NCBI GenBank assembly: GCA_003511165.1
Contig: DOJW01000008.1
Coordinates: forward strand, 106,010-170,009
Source: Candidatus Babelota bacterium
GTDB lineage: Bacteria > Babelota > Babeliae > Babelales > UBA12411
DNA: 64,000 nucleotides
Direction: 5' to 3'
In this document: in pieces, positions 54,325 to 64,000 of the stretch
Layout of the letters: every line of letters begins with the position of its first letter
How positions within the stretch are numbered: position 1 is the first letter of the stretch
Notes under the pieces: generated by a model
The model's database searches: none
What the model saw: the letters and a program-made list of their open reading frames with translations, nothing else
Told to the model about the DNA's origin: nothing
Translations under genes and position numbers: made by a program

Positions 54325-54440
54325 TTATTTACCTCTTCGTTAACTTTCAAAGTTTACTTGAAACATTCGATCTATATTTATTAATATTCAATTTAATTAG
54401 TCAATTTTTTAATAAGTTATAAAAATTTTGGAGCTAGTAC

Positions 54441-57023
54441 ATGGAAGTTTATCAAATACCAGTAGAAGAAATCGCAAAAAATTTAAAAACAGATGTGAAA
54501 ATAGGATTATCAAGCAACGAGGCAAATGAACGCTTAAAAAAATTTGGCCCCAATTCTGTACCATCAAAGTCAAGCGATACCGTTTTTTCTATTTTTATTT
54601 CTCAATTTTTAAATCCTTTAATATTTATTTTGGTAATCGCAACCATACTAAGTTTGCTAATAGGCGATCTAAAAGATGCGATCATCATCGCTGTCACAAC
54701 TATGATAAATACCATTGTAGGGTTTTTTCAAGAATACAAAGCAAATAAGGCAGCAGAAAAATTACGCACTTTTGAAATTTCAAAATGCATTGTAAAACGT
54801 AATGGCAAAACATTTTTGACCGATACTAAAAATCTAGTTGTTGGCGATATCGTCTTGCTCACAGCAGGTAGCAAAGTCCCTGCAGACATTCGATTAACAA
54901 ACAGTTTTAACTTTGAAATTCAAGAATCAATTTTGACCGGAGAGTCACAAGCGTCGCAAAAAAATACTTTTATATTAAAAGAAAAAGTAACACTTGCAGA
55001 TCAAAAAAATATGGCTTTTATGGGGACATTTGTTATAAACGGTCGCGCTGAAGGAATAGTGGTAAAAACAGGGAAAGAAACAGAATTTGGAAAAATCGCA
55101 AATTTGATTTTAACACCAGAAACTTCGCTAACTCCCATCCAAGATCAATTAAAAAAATTCAGTTGGTTCATTGGCGGATTAATGACTTTTATATCGTTAA
55201 TCATTTTATCAATAGGATTAATAAGACAAATCCCACTTGTAGATTTAATAGGAGTTGCAACAGCTCTAACCGTCGCAGCGATTCCCGAAGGTTTGATAAT
55301 AGCCGTAACCATCACACTCGCAATAGGAATGCAGCGAATTTTCAAAAAGCATGCACTTATCAAAAAATTAATTGCGGCCGAAACTTTAGGAAATATTTCT
55401 GTCATTTGTACAGACAAGACAGGAACGCTCACAGAAGGAAAAATGTCCGTTTCAAAAATCATTACTCAAAACTACCAGGGCGCAATCGATTTAACAAAAC
55501 TAAAAGAAATAGAAAACATTCTCCAGCTTGCGGCGTTAAATAACAATGTCTTTTATAATAACGAGTCTAAAACCTGGATAGGAAGCGCAACAGAAAAAGC
55601 ATTAGTAGAAGCAGCAGAAAAAATAGGAATCAAACCATCAGAAATGCAAAACCAATTTCCATTGATCGACGAAATTCCTTTTTCTTCAGATTTAAAATAT
55701 ATGGCAACATTGCACAAGTCTGATACTGGGCAAAAATTAGTACTCAAAGGCGCACCTGAGGTTATTTTACCTTTATGTAATTTAACAATTGAAGAAAGAA
55801 AACATTTTGAAGAAGAAAATTTAAAAATAATTTCCAGCGGTTTTCGCGTTTTGGCATTTACTTACAAAGACCAAAAAACAATAGACCTAAAAAAAGATCT
55901 AAATAATCTAACCTTTGCAGGTTTAATATATCTCCAAGATAAACTCCGCCCCACAGCGGCAAACAGTATACAAATATTAAAAAATGCGGGAATTAGAACA
56001 ATCATTTTGACAGGTGATAATGCCGAAACAGCAAGAATTATAGCAAAAGAAATAGGTCTTATCGTGGAGCAAAATGGAATAATCACAGGCGCAGAACTTG
56101 AAAAAATGTCTGACAAAGAACTTGCTACAAAGATAATTGATACCAAAATATTCGCGCGCATCGACCCAATCCACAAAATTAGAATCGTAAAAATTTTAAA
56201 AAGTATGGGCAACTCTGTAGCAATGATCGGAGATGGAGTAAATGATGCTCCGGCAATCCTTGCAGCCGATATCGGAATAGCTCTCAGCAGTGGATCTGAC
56301 CTTGCTTGTGAAGTTGCAGATATGGTTTTACTTGATAATAATCTTGCAACTGTTACCGATGCTGTTTATGAAGGACGACTAATAATCGATAACATAAAAA
56401 AGGTTTTGACTTATCTTTTGGCCCACGGCTTTGGTGAGATAATTTTGATTGGACTTGCCATATTGTTTAATCTTCCAATGCCAATAACAATTGGACAAAT
56501 TTTGTGGATCAATCTAATTTCTCATGGCTTCTCGCACCTAGCATTAACGGTTGAACCTGCAGAAGATGGAATAATGGACAGAAAACCACTTCCACGAAAT
56601 AATCCCATTTTTACAAAAGATATGAAAATATTAATTTTTGTCATAGGAATTACAACTGATATAGGCTTATTTTCCATTTATTATTTTTTAAGAAAATTTA
56701 ACACTTTCGATTTTAATCATTTAAGAACAATAATCTTTTCCGCCTTTTCACTTACCTCTCTTTTTTATGTTTTTTCAGTTCGCAGCATGAACCAATCAAT
56801 TTTTAAAACAAAAATTCTACAAAACAAATGGTTAAATCTTACCGTAATTGTTGGGGTTTTGATGCAGATTGTAGTTATTTACGCTCCAGCCTTACAAAAA
56901 ATATTTTTAACTGAACCATTAAACCTAATAGAATGGGGATTAATACTTACTTTGGCATCACTAAAACTAATTTTTATAGAGATATTTAAAAACATTTTGA
57001 TATCAAGGCGTAAAAAACTTTAA
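54441..57023 (+). CDS. cation-transporting P-type ATPase (type IIA, Ca2+-ATPase-like)
   Basis: N-terminal GLSSNEANERLKKFGPN; TGES; phosphorylation site CTDKTGTLTEGKM; KGAPE; TGDN; GDGVNDAPA. 860 aa with 10 predicted TM-like segments. Confidence 0.9.
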   Translation: MEVYQIPVEEIAKNLKTDVKIGLSSNEANERLKKFGPNSVPSKSSDTVFSIFISQFLNPLIFILVIATILSLLIGDLKDAIIIAVTTMINTIVGFFQEYKANKAAEKLRTFEISKCIVKRNGKTFLTDTKNLVVGDIVLLTAGSKVPADIRLTNSFNFEIQESILTGESQASQKNTFILKEKVTLADQKNMAFMGTFVINGRAEGIVVKTGKETEFGKIANLILTPETSLTPIQDQLKKFSWFIGGLMTFISLIILSIGLIRQIPLVDLIGVATALTVAAIPEGLIIAVTITLAIGMQRIFKKHALIKKLIAAETLGNISVICTDKTGTLTEGKMSVSKIITQNYQGAIDLTKLKEIENILQLAALNNNVFYNNESKTWIGSATEKALVEAAEKIGIKPSEMQNQFPLIDEIPFSSDLKYMATLHKSDTGQKLVLKGAPEVILPLCNLTIEERKHFEEENLKIISSGFRVLAFTYKDQKTIDLKKDLNNLTFAGLIYLQDKLRPTAANSIQILKNAGIRTIILTGDNAETARIIAKEIGLIVEQNGIITGAELEKMSDKELATKIIDTKIFARIDPIHKIRIVKILKSMGNSVAMIGDGVNDAPAILAADIGIALSSGSDLACEVADMVLLDNNLATVTDAVYEGRLIIDNIKKVLTYLLAHGFGEIILIGLAILFNLPMPITIGQILWINLISHGFSHLALTVEPAEDGIMDRKPLPRNNPIFTKDMKILIFVIGITTDIGLFSIYYFLRKFNTFDFNHLRTIIFSAFSLTSLFYVFSVRSMNQSIFKTKILQNKWLNLTVIVGVLMQIVVIYAPALQKIFLTEPLNLIEWGLILTLASLKLIFIEIFKNILISRRKKL

Positions 57024-57192
57024 TTTTTAAGCAAAAACCCCACTTTTTTAAAAACCAGAGGGGGCGGTTTGACTTTAGATTTCTTTCATTTAAGGTAGAA
57101 GTACTAAAATGCAAAACTCTAAAACTACTAATTAAACGCCATATTTTGCACCTTAGAAACTTTTTAACCTTAATTTGGGAAGGGATCACATA

Positions 57193-57633
57193 ATGATTAA
57201 CAATAAATATGTAAAAATCACTATTTTAGCCGGTACATTAGGCTTAGTTGGCTTTTTAAAAGCTGCAAATTCAATAACAATTGAACAGCCTTCAATAGAA
57301 GCAAAAAAACATTTTGACTTAGCAACCAAAATCGGTGTAAGAGAACTACTTGAAGAATTAGCTACTAAATTGCCCGAAAAAGAAAAAAAGCTTTGTGAAG
57401 AAATCAGAAATTTATTAACGACTAAATCTGGATCCATCCAAACCAGTAACATTACAGGAATTGTTTTATTAAAGTGTCCTGGATGCAACTTTGACGAAGT
57501 TAAAAAAGCTTTCGAATCTTTAAAACACAATGCTAATCTTTCAAACATAAATAAATTCGAAGCTGTTTTAAACACAACAGGAGCTTTTTCATTGGCTTCT
57601 AATTTTGCAAAATATCTAAACAGCTTAAGTTAA
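57193..57633 (+). CDS. hypothetical secreted protein
   Basis: MINNKYVKITILAGTLGLVGFLKA signal. GGAAGGG RBS before ATG 57193. No family recognised. Confidence 0.6.
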   Translation: MINNKYVKITILAGTLGLVGFLKAANSITIEQPSIEAKKHFDLATKIGVRELLEELATKLPEKEKKLCEEIRNLLTTKSGSIQTSNITGIVLLKCPGCNFDEVKKAFESLKHNANLSNINKFEAVLNTTGAFSLASNFAKYLNSLS

Positions 57634-57651
57634 CTTTTTAAATTTTCTAAA

Positions 57652-57686
57652 AATAACCTTGTGTTTTTCACAAGGTTATTTTTTTG
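57652..57686 (+). terminator. rho-independent terminator
   Basis: AATAACCTTGTG / CACAAGGTTATT stem followed by tttttt. Confidence 0.8.
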
Positions 57687-57848
57687 CCTATTTTCATCTA
57701 AAACTTTTTATATTTAAAGTAATAAGCAAAAACTTCAAAGAATGAGTAAAATTGACATTTTATCCAGTTTCTGTATTTAATAGTCATCTAAAAGATTAAT
57801 TAAAAATAATTTTATTTTTGCTATCTAACTTATATTTTAAGGTTTTTA

Positions 57849-59360
57849 ATGAATCAATTTTGGAAAAAAAACATTCTTTTAGCTATCTTATTTTTTACAC
57901 TTACAACCGTAACTACAATAAAAGCAGATGAAGATGATTTTGAAGATCTTTTACAACTTCAACAAATTTCAATTCCAACAGAATGTTTGGCAACAAAAAG
58001 TGCTATCGGTGAATCATTTTCATTAAGCAATGAAGAAAAAGATTTACTATTATTTATGTCACAAAATGTTAAAGATCCCCTATGGACTATGACAAGACCA
58101 GATCCAACAAGAAACACCATATATGCAACTTCAAATTCACTAAGAATTGATAATCGTAATTTTCAAACAAATATATTTTATAACTCTACTAACAAAACGG
58201 GCGTAACTACTGATAATTTTATAAATTTAGTATTCGTAAATCCCACAGCAGAAAGTCAATTTTATGCCTTGTTAGTACAGGCAATAAAAACAGCAAAGGG
58301 TGTAGATGCAAATAGAGATGATATTCAAACCTTATATACAATGTTAAAAAAACTTTGGATTCAAGAACGAAAAGCTGGATTTATTTTAAAATCAGATTTT
58401 TTTAAAGGTTCATTTTGCCTCCAAGCAACCTTACCTGTAATCCTAGTAGAACGAAATTTAATGGCATCAGACGAAGATCAAAAACAAATCAATGATTTAG
58501 TTAATAAAAATTTTGGCAACACCGGCACTTTTGATAAAAAAAGAGAATTGGCTCGAATAAAAATAGGAATCGGAGACACCAAATTAAAATTTGGAGTCAA
58601 AGCCGTCAATAACGATAATCTAAAAATACATTTAGGATTAGCTAGTATTTTACCTACGGCTACAGGAATATTATTAGATGGTAAATTCAAAAAACCACAA
58701 AGAACATATTTTAATGATTATGACTTTCTCGAGTCTCTTTTAGAAAATTCTAGAGATTTACTTATATATCCGGAACTCGGTAATGATGGACACTTTAGCA
58801 TCGGACCTTTTTTAGAAGTAAACTTAGGCCTAGTAAATAACAAAATGAATCTATGGGGAAAGGTATCATTCGATTCTCTTTTGCCAGCTAGAGAAAAAAG
58901 ATTAATTTTAAAAAAAAGGACTATAGAAGATCCTGAATATATAAACAATGCTGCTGAATCAGAAAAAAATAAACTTTTAGAAGAATTTAAGCATCAATAT
59001 ATTGCGCCTCAAGAATATGATGTTACCGTAAGACCCGGGGGAATTCTCAACTTCACATTTGGCTCTGATTGGAAACACAAAAAATGGACCTTTGGAGCTG
59101 CTTATGATTTTTATCTACAGGAAAGAGAGATTTTTGAAAAATTACATAAAATTGAAGATATCAATATGAATTCTTTAAAAGTCGATGAAGCTTTCATTGA
59201 TAGAGCGCTTCAGCACAAATTAGCAGGTGAAATATCTTACGATATAAAATTAAAAAAAGGTTCTAAAATCAATCTTGGTATCGGAGGCGATGCAACTTTT
59301 GTTAGCAGAAGAATGGGACGAGATTGGACCTTATATTCAAAACTAAATTTTTATTTTTAA
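57849..59360 (+). CDS. putative outer-membrane beta-barrel protein
   Basis: Signal ILLAILFFTLTTVTTIKA. Alternating hydrophobic beta-strand-like segments in the C-terminal half. Terminal ...DWTLYSKLNFYF (C-terminal Phe is typical of OMPs). Confidence 0.45.
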   Translation: MNQFWKKNILLAILFFTLTTVTTIKADEDDFEDLLQLQQISIPTECLATKSAIGESFSLSNEEKDLLLFMSQNVKDPLWTMTRPDPTRNTIYATSNSLRIDNRNFQTNIFYNSTNKTGVTTDNFINLVFVNPTAESQFYALLVQAIKTAKGVDANRDDIQTLYTMLKKLWIQERKAGFILKSDFFKGSFCLQATLPVILVERNLMASDEDQKQINDLVNKNFGNTGTFDKKRELARIKIGIGDTKLKFGVKAVNNDNLKIHLGLASILPTATGILLDGKFKKPQRTYFNDYDFLESLLENSRDLLIYPELGNDGHFSIGPFLEVNLGLVNNKMNLWGKVSFDSLLPAREKRLILKKRTIEDPEYINNAAESEKNKLLEEFKHQYIAPQEYDVTVRPGGILNFTFGSDWKHKKWTFGAAYDFYLQEREIFEKLHKIEDINMNSLKVDEAFIDRALQHKLAGEISYDIKLKKGSKINLGIGGDATFVSRRMGRDWTLYSKLNFYF

Positions 59361-59476
59361 AATTATTTAATTTTGCTTTTTTATTTTATTTCGCATATAA
59401 ACTGTTAAAAGTTTAGGAAGTATTAATGAAGCATTGTAGTAATAACGAATTTATTAAAAATCTAAGGAGATTTAAT

Positions 59477-60184
59477 ATGTTTAACAAAAAACATTTGCTA
59501 GCAGCAATAACAGTAATTTCAAGCATGTCTTTAACAATAAAAGCAACTAATCCGACAACCGAAACACCTTCTAATGAACACAAAGGTTTTTATAAACACG
59601 CATATGTATCTATCATTGATTCAAAATTGAAAAATAATTCTAGATGCGGCGAATTTTCAGCAGAAATTTTATTAACAATGGAAGACGCACTAAAATCTTT
59701 AGAGGTGTTAAAAGCAGAATATATAAAAACAAAGTCTTTCTCTGAAGAACAAAAAAAAGAGTCTAACGATAAAGTTATTCAACATATAAAAGAGGATTTG
59801 ATCAAACCTCGAACTGTATTTTTGAATTATATATATGAATATAAAGAAATGATGGAAGAACTTGTAAAATGGTCCTTTACCAATGTCTCTAAAGTAAAAA
59901 TCGATTTAAATGATTCTATCCTTCTTAAATTTTTAAAAAGTGATTTAAAAACCAAAGAACAAATTGAATCCTTTTTTCTTGATGAAGTTACAACTATAAA
60001 AAAAGCTAAAAGTCTTTGCACAGAATTCTATATTTTTACAAACCCTCTTTGGATGTTGTTAAATCCTTATACAAAAGAAAAATCAATTGATTGGATTAAA
60101 GATAAAAAATTAAGAACCGAACAAGAAATTGAAGCTTTAAAAAAAGGACCTTACTTCGCAGGAACTTTTGAACAATCAAAATAA
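59477..60184 (+). CDS. hypothetical secreted protein
   Basis: MFNKKHLLAAITVISSMSLTIKA signal. AAGGAG RBS before ATG 59477. No family recognised. Confidence 0.6.
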   Translation: MFNKKHLLAAITVISSMSLTIKATNPTTETPSNEHKGFYKHAYVSIIDSKLKNNSRCGEFSAEILLTMEDALKSLEVLKAEYIKTKSFSEEQKKESNDKVIQHIKEDLIKPRTVFLNYIYEYKEMMEELVKWSFTNVSKVKIDLNDSILLKFLKSDLKTKEQIESFFLDEVTTIKKAKSLCTEFYIFTNPLWMLLNPYTKEKSIDWIKDKKLRTEQEIEALKKGPYFAGTFEQSK

Positions 60185-60212
60185 TTTAAACATTTAAACA
60201 AAATTACATAAA

Positions 60213-60247
60213 AAGGGTAAAAGAGCTTTCTTTTACCCTTAATTTTT
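60213..60247 (+). terminator. rho-independent terminator
   Basis: AAGGGTAAAAG / CTTTTACCCTT stem followed by aattttt. Confidence 0.7.
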
Positions 60248-60257
60248 GAAAAAAATT

Positions 60258-62450
60258 ATGAATGAAATTGTAGAAATTCACGGCACAATAGAAAAAGAAC
60301 TTTTTAAAAGTCCAGAAAGTGGATTTTCAATTTTTATTGTCAAAGTAAATTCCAAAGAAAATATCACCGCAAAGGGAATTTTGCCTGCGATCCACCAGGG
60401 AGAATCTGTTACGCTGCGTGGAATTTGGGGCTTTCATCCAAAATTCGGCAGACAATTCGAAGTCAAAGAATGCATAGCAAAACTACCATCAAACGTCGAA
60501 GGCATAAAAAAATATTTAAGCAGTGGGCTCATCAAAGGAATTGGTCCAAAGTATGCAGAAAAATTGGTAGCGACTTTTGGTGAAAGAACTCTTGAGGTGA
60601 TTGATGAAACGCCAGATGAACTTTTCAGAGTTGATGGCATCGGTGAAAAAAGAGTTTCAATAATCATCGAAGCTTGGCAATCTCAAAAAGAAATTTCTCG
60701 AGTCATGGTCTTTTTGAAAGAAAAAGATATTTCTACATCGTTTGCCACCAAAATTTATAAAACTTATGGTAAAGAATCGGTTGAAAAGATTTTAGAAAAT
60801 CCTTATCGATTAGCAGAAGATATTTGGGGTGTTGGTTTTAAAATATCAGATCAAGTTGCCCTCAAGCTTGGATTTGAAAAAAATTCATCAATGCGCATAA
60901 AAAGCGGAATTTTATTTTGTCTATCACAAGCAACAAATGATGGCCACCTTTACTTGGAAATTGATGAACTGAAAAATCAACTTTTTAAGATGCTAGAACT
61001 AGAAGAAAGTGACGAATCTAAATCTTTAGTTAAAGCTGCACTCAATAATCTTTATCTCGAAGAAAAAATTAAGCTTCTAACTAATAATGAAAAACATTAT
61101 TTGTCACTTCCAAAATATTATTATTCAGAAAAAGGCATCGCTAACAAAATCAAAAAATTAAAAGATTATAATGCTAAAAATTTTTATTTAGATTTTAACG
61201 AAATTTACAAAACAGTTTCTGCTACAGATTCTTACGGAAAACAACTAAATGAAGACCAACAAAAAGGAATTTTAAGTTGTCTACAATCAAAAATTACAAT
61301 CATCACAGGTGGTCCAGGAACGGGTAAAACAACTTTGATCAAAAAATTACTAGAAGTTTTAGACAACTATAAAATTAATTATAGACTTGCTGCACCAACA
61401 GGAAGAGCTGCAAAAAGAATGTTCGAAGGAACTGGAAAATCTGCTGAAACTCTGCACCGTCTTTTAGAATTTAACCCAACAACCATGAATTTTAATCGAA
61501 ATGAAGAAAATGCTCTTTTGCTAGATTTTTTAATAGTCGATGAAGCCTCAATGATCGATGTATTTTTGATGAATTCTATCCTACGAGCAATGCCCCTTCA
61601 AGCCAATTTAGTTTTGATAGGAGATGTCGACCAACTTCCATCGGTTGGCGCGGGAAATATTTTAAACGATTTAATTGCATCAAATCAAGTCGAAGTTTTG
61701 AGATTAACGCAAATTTTCCGCCAAGCAGAAGATAGTATGATCATCGTAAACGCACACAGAATTAATCACGGTGAGTTTCCAACATCTACAAGAGTAGGAT
61801 CCAAAAACGATTTCAAATTTATCAAAGAAGATTTACCAGAAAATATCTTTCCTCTGCTTCGTCAAATTTATGCGAATTTAGAAAACAAATATAAAATATC
61901 GCCTCAAGATTCCATTGTACTTTGTCCAATGAATCGTGGCGTTGTTGGAACGCAAAGATTAAATCAAGAGCTACAAATGATTTTAAATCCGCAAAATAAT
62001 GAAGAAAAACAGGTGGCGCGTTTTGGGCAAGTTTATAAAATTAATGATCGAGTTATGCAGATCAAAAATAATTACGACAAATTTGTTTTTAACGGGGATA
62101 TTGGAGAAATAACAGATATTAATAGAACCGACCAGATATTAAAAATAAAATTTGGTGAACGTGTTTTAGACTATGATTTTACCGAACTTGATGAGATTGT
62201 TCTTTCTTATGCTGTTTCGATACATAAAAGCCAAGGCTCCGAATTCAAAGCGGTAATTATTCCAATATTTATGCAACATTTTGTTATGCTTCAGCGCAAT
62301 TTGATTTACACAGCAATCACGCGAGCCAAAAATTTATGTATTTTCATTGGACAACCAAGAGCTATCGCTATGGGTATCAAAAATAATAAAAGCGTAATTA
62401 GAAATACATTTTTGAAAGAATTTTTGACAACAGATCTCGAAGCTAGATAA
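60258..62450 (+). CDS. recD2: RecD2-type ATP-dependent SF1B DNA helicase (RecD/TraA family)
   Basis: N-terminal OB-like region, HhH (GIGPKYAEKL, VDGIGEKR), Walker A GGPGTGKTT, VDEASMID, GDVDQLPSVGAGN, SIHKSQGSEF. ATG 60258 is preferred (TTG 60246 is possible). Confidence 0.9.
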   Translation: MNEIVEIHGTIEKELFKSPESGFSIFIVKVNSKENITAKGILPAIHQGESVTLRGIWGFHPKFGRQFEVKECIAKLPSNVEGIKKYLSSGLIKGIGPKYAEKLVATFGERTLEVIDETPDELFRVDGIGEKRVSIIIEAWQSQKEISRVMVFLKEKDISTSFATKIYKTYGKESVEKILENPYRLAEDIWGVGFKISDQVALKLGFEKNSSMRIKSGILFCLSQATNDGHLYLEIDELKNQLFKMLELEESDESKSLVKAALNNLYLEEKIKLLTNNEKHYLSLPKYYYSEKGIANKIKKLKDYNAKNFYLDFNEIYKTVSATDSYGKQLNEDQQKGILSCLQSKITIITGGPGTGKTTLIKKLLEVLDNYKINYRLAAPTGRAAKRMFEGTGKSAETLHRLLEFNPTTMNFNRNEENALLLDFLIVDEASMIDVFLMNSILRAMPLQANLVLIGDVDQLPSVGAGNILNDLIASNQVEVLRLTQIFRQAEDSMIIVNAHRINHGEFPTSTRVGSKNDFKFIKEDLPENIFPLLRQIYANLENKYKISPQDSIVLCPMNRGVVGTQRLNQELQMILNPQNNEEKQVARFGQVYKINDRVMQIKNNYDKFVFNGDIGEITDINRTDQILKIKFGERVLDYDFTELDEIVLSYAVSIHKSQGSEFKAVIIPIFMQHFVMLQRNLIYTAITRAKNLCIFIGQPRAIAMGIKNNKSVIRNTFLKEFLTTDLEAR

Positions 62451-62516
62451 AACCTCTTGAATAAAAACATTTTTTATATAACTTTAATCTAAAATGTCTT
62501 ACTTCCAAAGGATAAA

Positions 62517-64000
62517 ATGCTTAGCAATGTAGAAAATATTTTTTTAGAAAAAAGTGGTCGAAAATTAAATTATCCAAACGAAAAAATTCCAGTAATCGAA
62601 GTTGAAAATAGCTTAGAATTAGGAAAACTCGTAGCCCTTAGATTTATTGAGTGGGTATTACAAAATCCTAACGGAGTTATTTCTCTTCCGACCGGTAAAA
62701 CTCCACTTACATTCATAAAGCAATTAGATCATTACAAAAAAAATTGGAATGATTCTACAGTTTCCGCAGAACTAAAATATTTTGGTATCTCAAATAAAAC
62801 TTTCCCCGATACTTCAAGCCTAAAATTTGTCCAGATGGATGAATATTTTCCTATAGAAACTAATGACAAAAATAGCTTTTCATCTTATGTCGAAAAAAAT
62901 TACATTTCTATTTTGCAAATAAAACCAGAAAACTGTTTGAAAATGATCTTCCCAAAAGAAATGTTAGAAAATCCAACTTCCGATTCTATTGAAAAGTTTT
63001 GCACAGATTATGAAGAAAAGATCAAAAATTTTGGCGGGATCAATTTCTTTTTGGGTGGCATAGGGCCTGATGGACATATCGCTTTCAACATGAAAAATTC
63101 CTCGTTTGACAGTAAAACAAGATTAATAACTTTAAATTATGAAAGCGCTGCCGTTGCTGCAGGAGATTTTGGAGGCATGAGCCACTGTCGAAATAAACAA
63201 GCTATTACAATAGGCTTAAACACTATAACAGCAAATAAAAACGCGACCATAATAATTTTTGCATCAGGAAAACTCAAAGCACCGATTGTTAAAAAAGCTA
63301 TTGAAGAAAAACAAAGCATCGAAAGTCCTGCATCGATTTTCCAAAACAACCCAAATGCCAAATTTTATTTAAACAAAGACGCTGCATCAAACTTATATTT
63401 TAGAAGAGCTGAATATATAAAAAATATTCCAAATTTAGAAAATCATCCTCAAATAATAGACGAAATAATTTTTGAGCAATCAAAAAATTGCCACAAAAAC
63501 GTTGATGAATTAACAAAAACTGATTTTGAAACAACAGAAAAAGGTAAATTTTTAATTTCAAAATTCGATAGCAAGTTACCCGATATTTTGCAAGATTCAA
63601 AAAATAGATTAATCGAAAAAATAAAACTCGGACAAAAACAACTAAAAGGCCTAAAAATATTACATACATCGCCACATCCTGACGATGAGATGCTTGGATA
63701 TTTTCCGCACATTTTAGATTTATTAAAAGATAATGAAAATTATTTTGCATATTTCACAAATGGGTATAGGGCTATTGCAAACAGCTATCTTGAAACACTT
63801 GCAAACGACATTGATTTAAATTTCATCGAAACAAATAAATCTTTAATTTTCGATCTACCTTACGAAAAAACATTAGAAATATTCAAAAATTCTTTCTTAA
63901 AAAACACGCAAAACTTAGATTTCGATAAATTGATACTTTCACGATTTTTGGCAGAAACTTTTGAGATTAATTGCGCTAATAAATTAATTGAAAAAATAGT
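62517..64000 (+). CDS. glucosamine-6-phosphate deaminase/isomerase (NagB-like) fused to an LmbE/PIG-L-type deacetylase domain; 3' end outside window
   Basis: Absent from the ORF track because no stop occurs in the window. LPTGKTP, QMDEY, GGIGPDGHIAFN (NagB motifs), then HTSPHPDDE (LmbE motif) near 63670. AAAGGA RBS. Confidence 0.75.
   Translation, partial: MLSNVENIFLEKSGRKLNYPNEKIPVIEVENSLELGKLVALRFIEWVLQNPNGVISLPTGKTPLTFIKQLDHYKKNWNDSTVSAELKYFGISNKTFPDTSSLKFVQMDEYFPIETNDKNSFSSYVEKNYISILQIKPENCLKMIFPKEMLENPTSDSIEKFCTDYEEKIKNFGGINFFLGGIGPDGHIAFNMKNSSFDSKTRLITLNYESAAVAAGDFGGMSHCRNKQAITIGLNTITANKNATIIIFASGKLKAPIVKKAIEEKQSIESPASIFQNNPNAKFYLNKDAASNLYFRRAEYIKNIPNLENHPQIIDEIIFEQSKNCHKNVDELTKTDFETTEKGKFLISKFDSKLPDILQDSKNRLIEKIKLGQKQLKGLKILHTSPHPDDEMLGYFPHILDLLKDNENYFAYFTNGYRAIANSYLETLANDIDLNFIETNKSLIFDLPYEKTLEIFKNSFLKNTQNLDFDKLILSRFLAETFEINCANKLIEKI

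Noticed and set aside
63137-63750. Minus-strand ORFs 63137..63361, 63400..63750 and 63449..63712
   Set aside because: They are antisense to the open NagB/LmbE-like frame that runs off the window end.

Overview
Strongly AT-rich (by eye), gene-dense bacterial DNA. All calls rest on manual motif reading of the sequence and ORF track; no database search was run. Diderm markers are present: a kdsB fragment, a PilQ-type secretin, and a putative beta-barrel OMP ending in F. Housekeeping genes I recognise with confidence are tdk, radA, tkt, murG, gpmI, asnS, rsmA, rsmE, a recD2-type helicase, a P-type ATPase, a class I aldolase and a tmRNA (ssrA, minus strand 35592-35964). Between them lies a large accessory load typical of a host-associated or amoeba-associated lifestyle (lineage not determinable here). 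It includes many Sec-signal hypothetical proteins, two paralogous ankyrin cassettes, a pentapeptide-repeat protein, tandem secreted HAD-like paralogs and a clostripain (C11) peptidase. The strongest candidate system is at 19789-24513 (minus strand). A 1221-aa Sec-signal protein ends in an EndoU/XendoU-type RNase signature (IEHVFCGE...GMH...K-TLWP...VYPTW). It is followed after 9-nt and 3-nt gaps by two paralogous HEAT-like small proteins, a polymorphic toxin plus immunity layout with an unrecognisable delivery region. The second candidate is a ~4 kb tandem duplication (41853-49743) holding two ~1200-aa proteins with signal peptide, coiled coil, ankyrin repeats and a His/Cys dyad that looks like a clan CD (caspase/clostripain-like) peptidase core. 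These paralogs have strongly diverged N-termini yet share a 319-bp perfectly identical tract. Downstream (49.7-52 kb) is a rearrangement hotspot: an intact GIY-YIG gene, a 279-bp TIR-bounded element carrying a decayed GIY-YIG gene, an IS1595-like transposase fragment, an orphan terminator flank and two paralogous small secreted proteins. One ankyrin cassette is flanked by a ~116-bp duplicate of the radA 3' end whose differences are mostly synonymous. I saw no CRISPR array, rRNA, tRNA, intact transposase or integrase.
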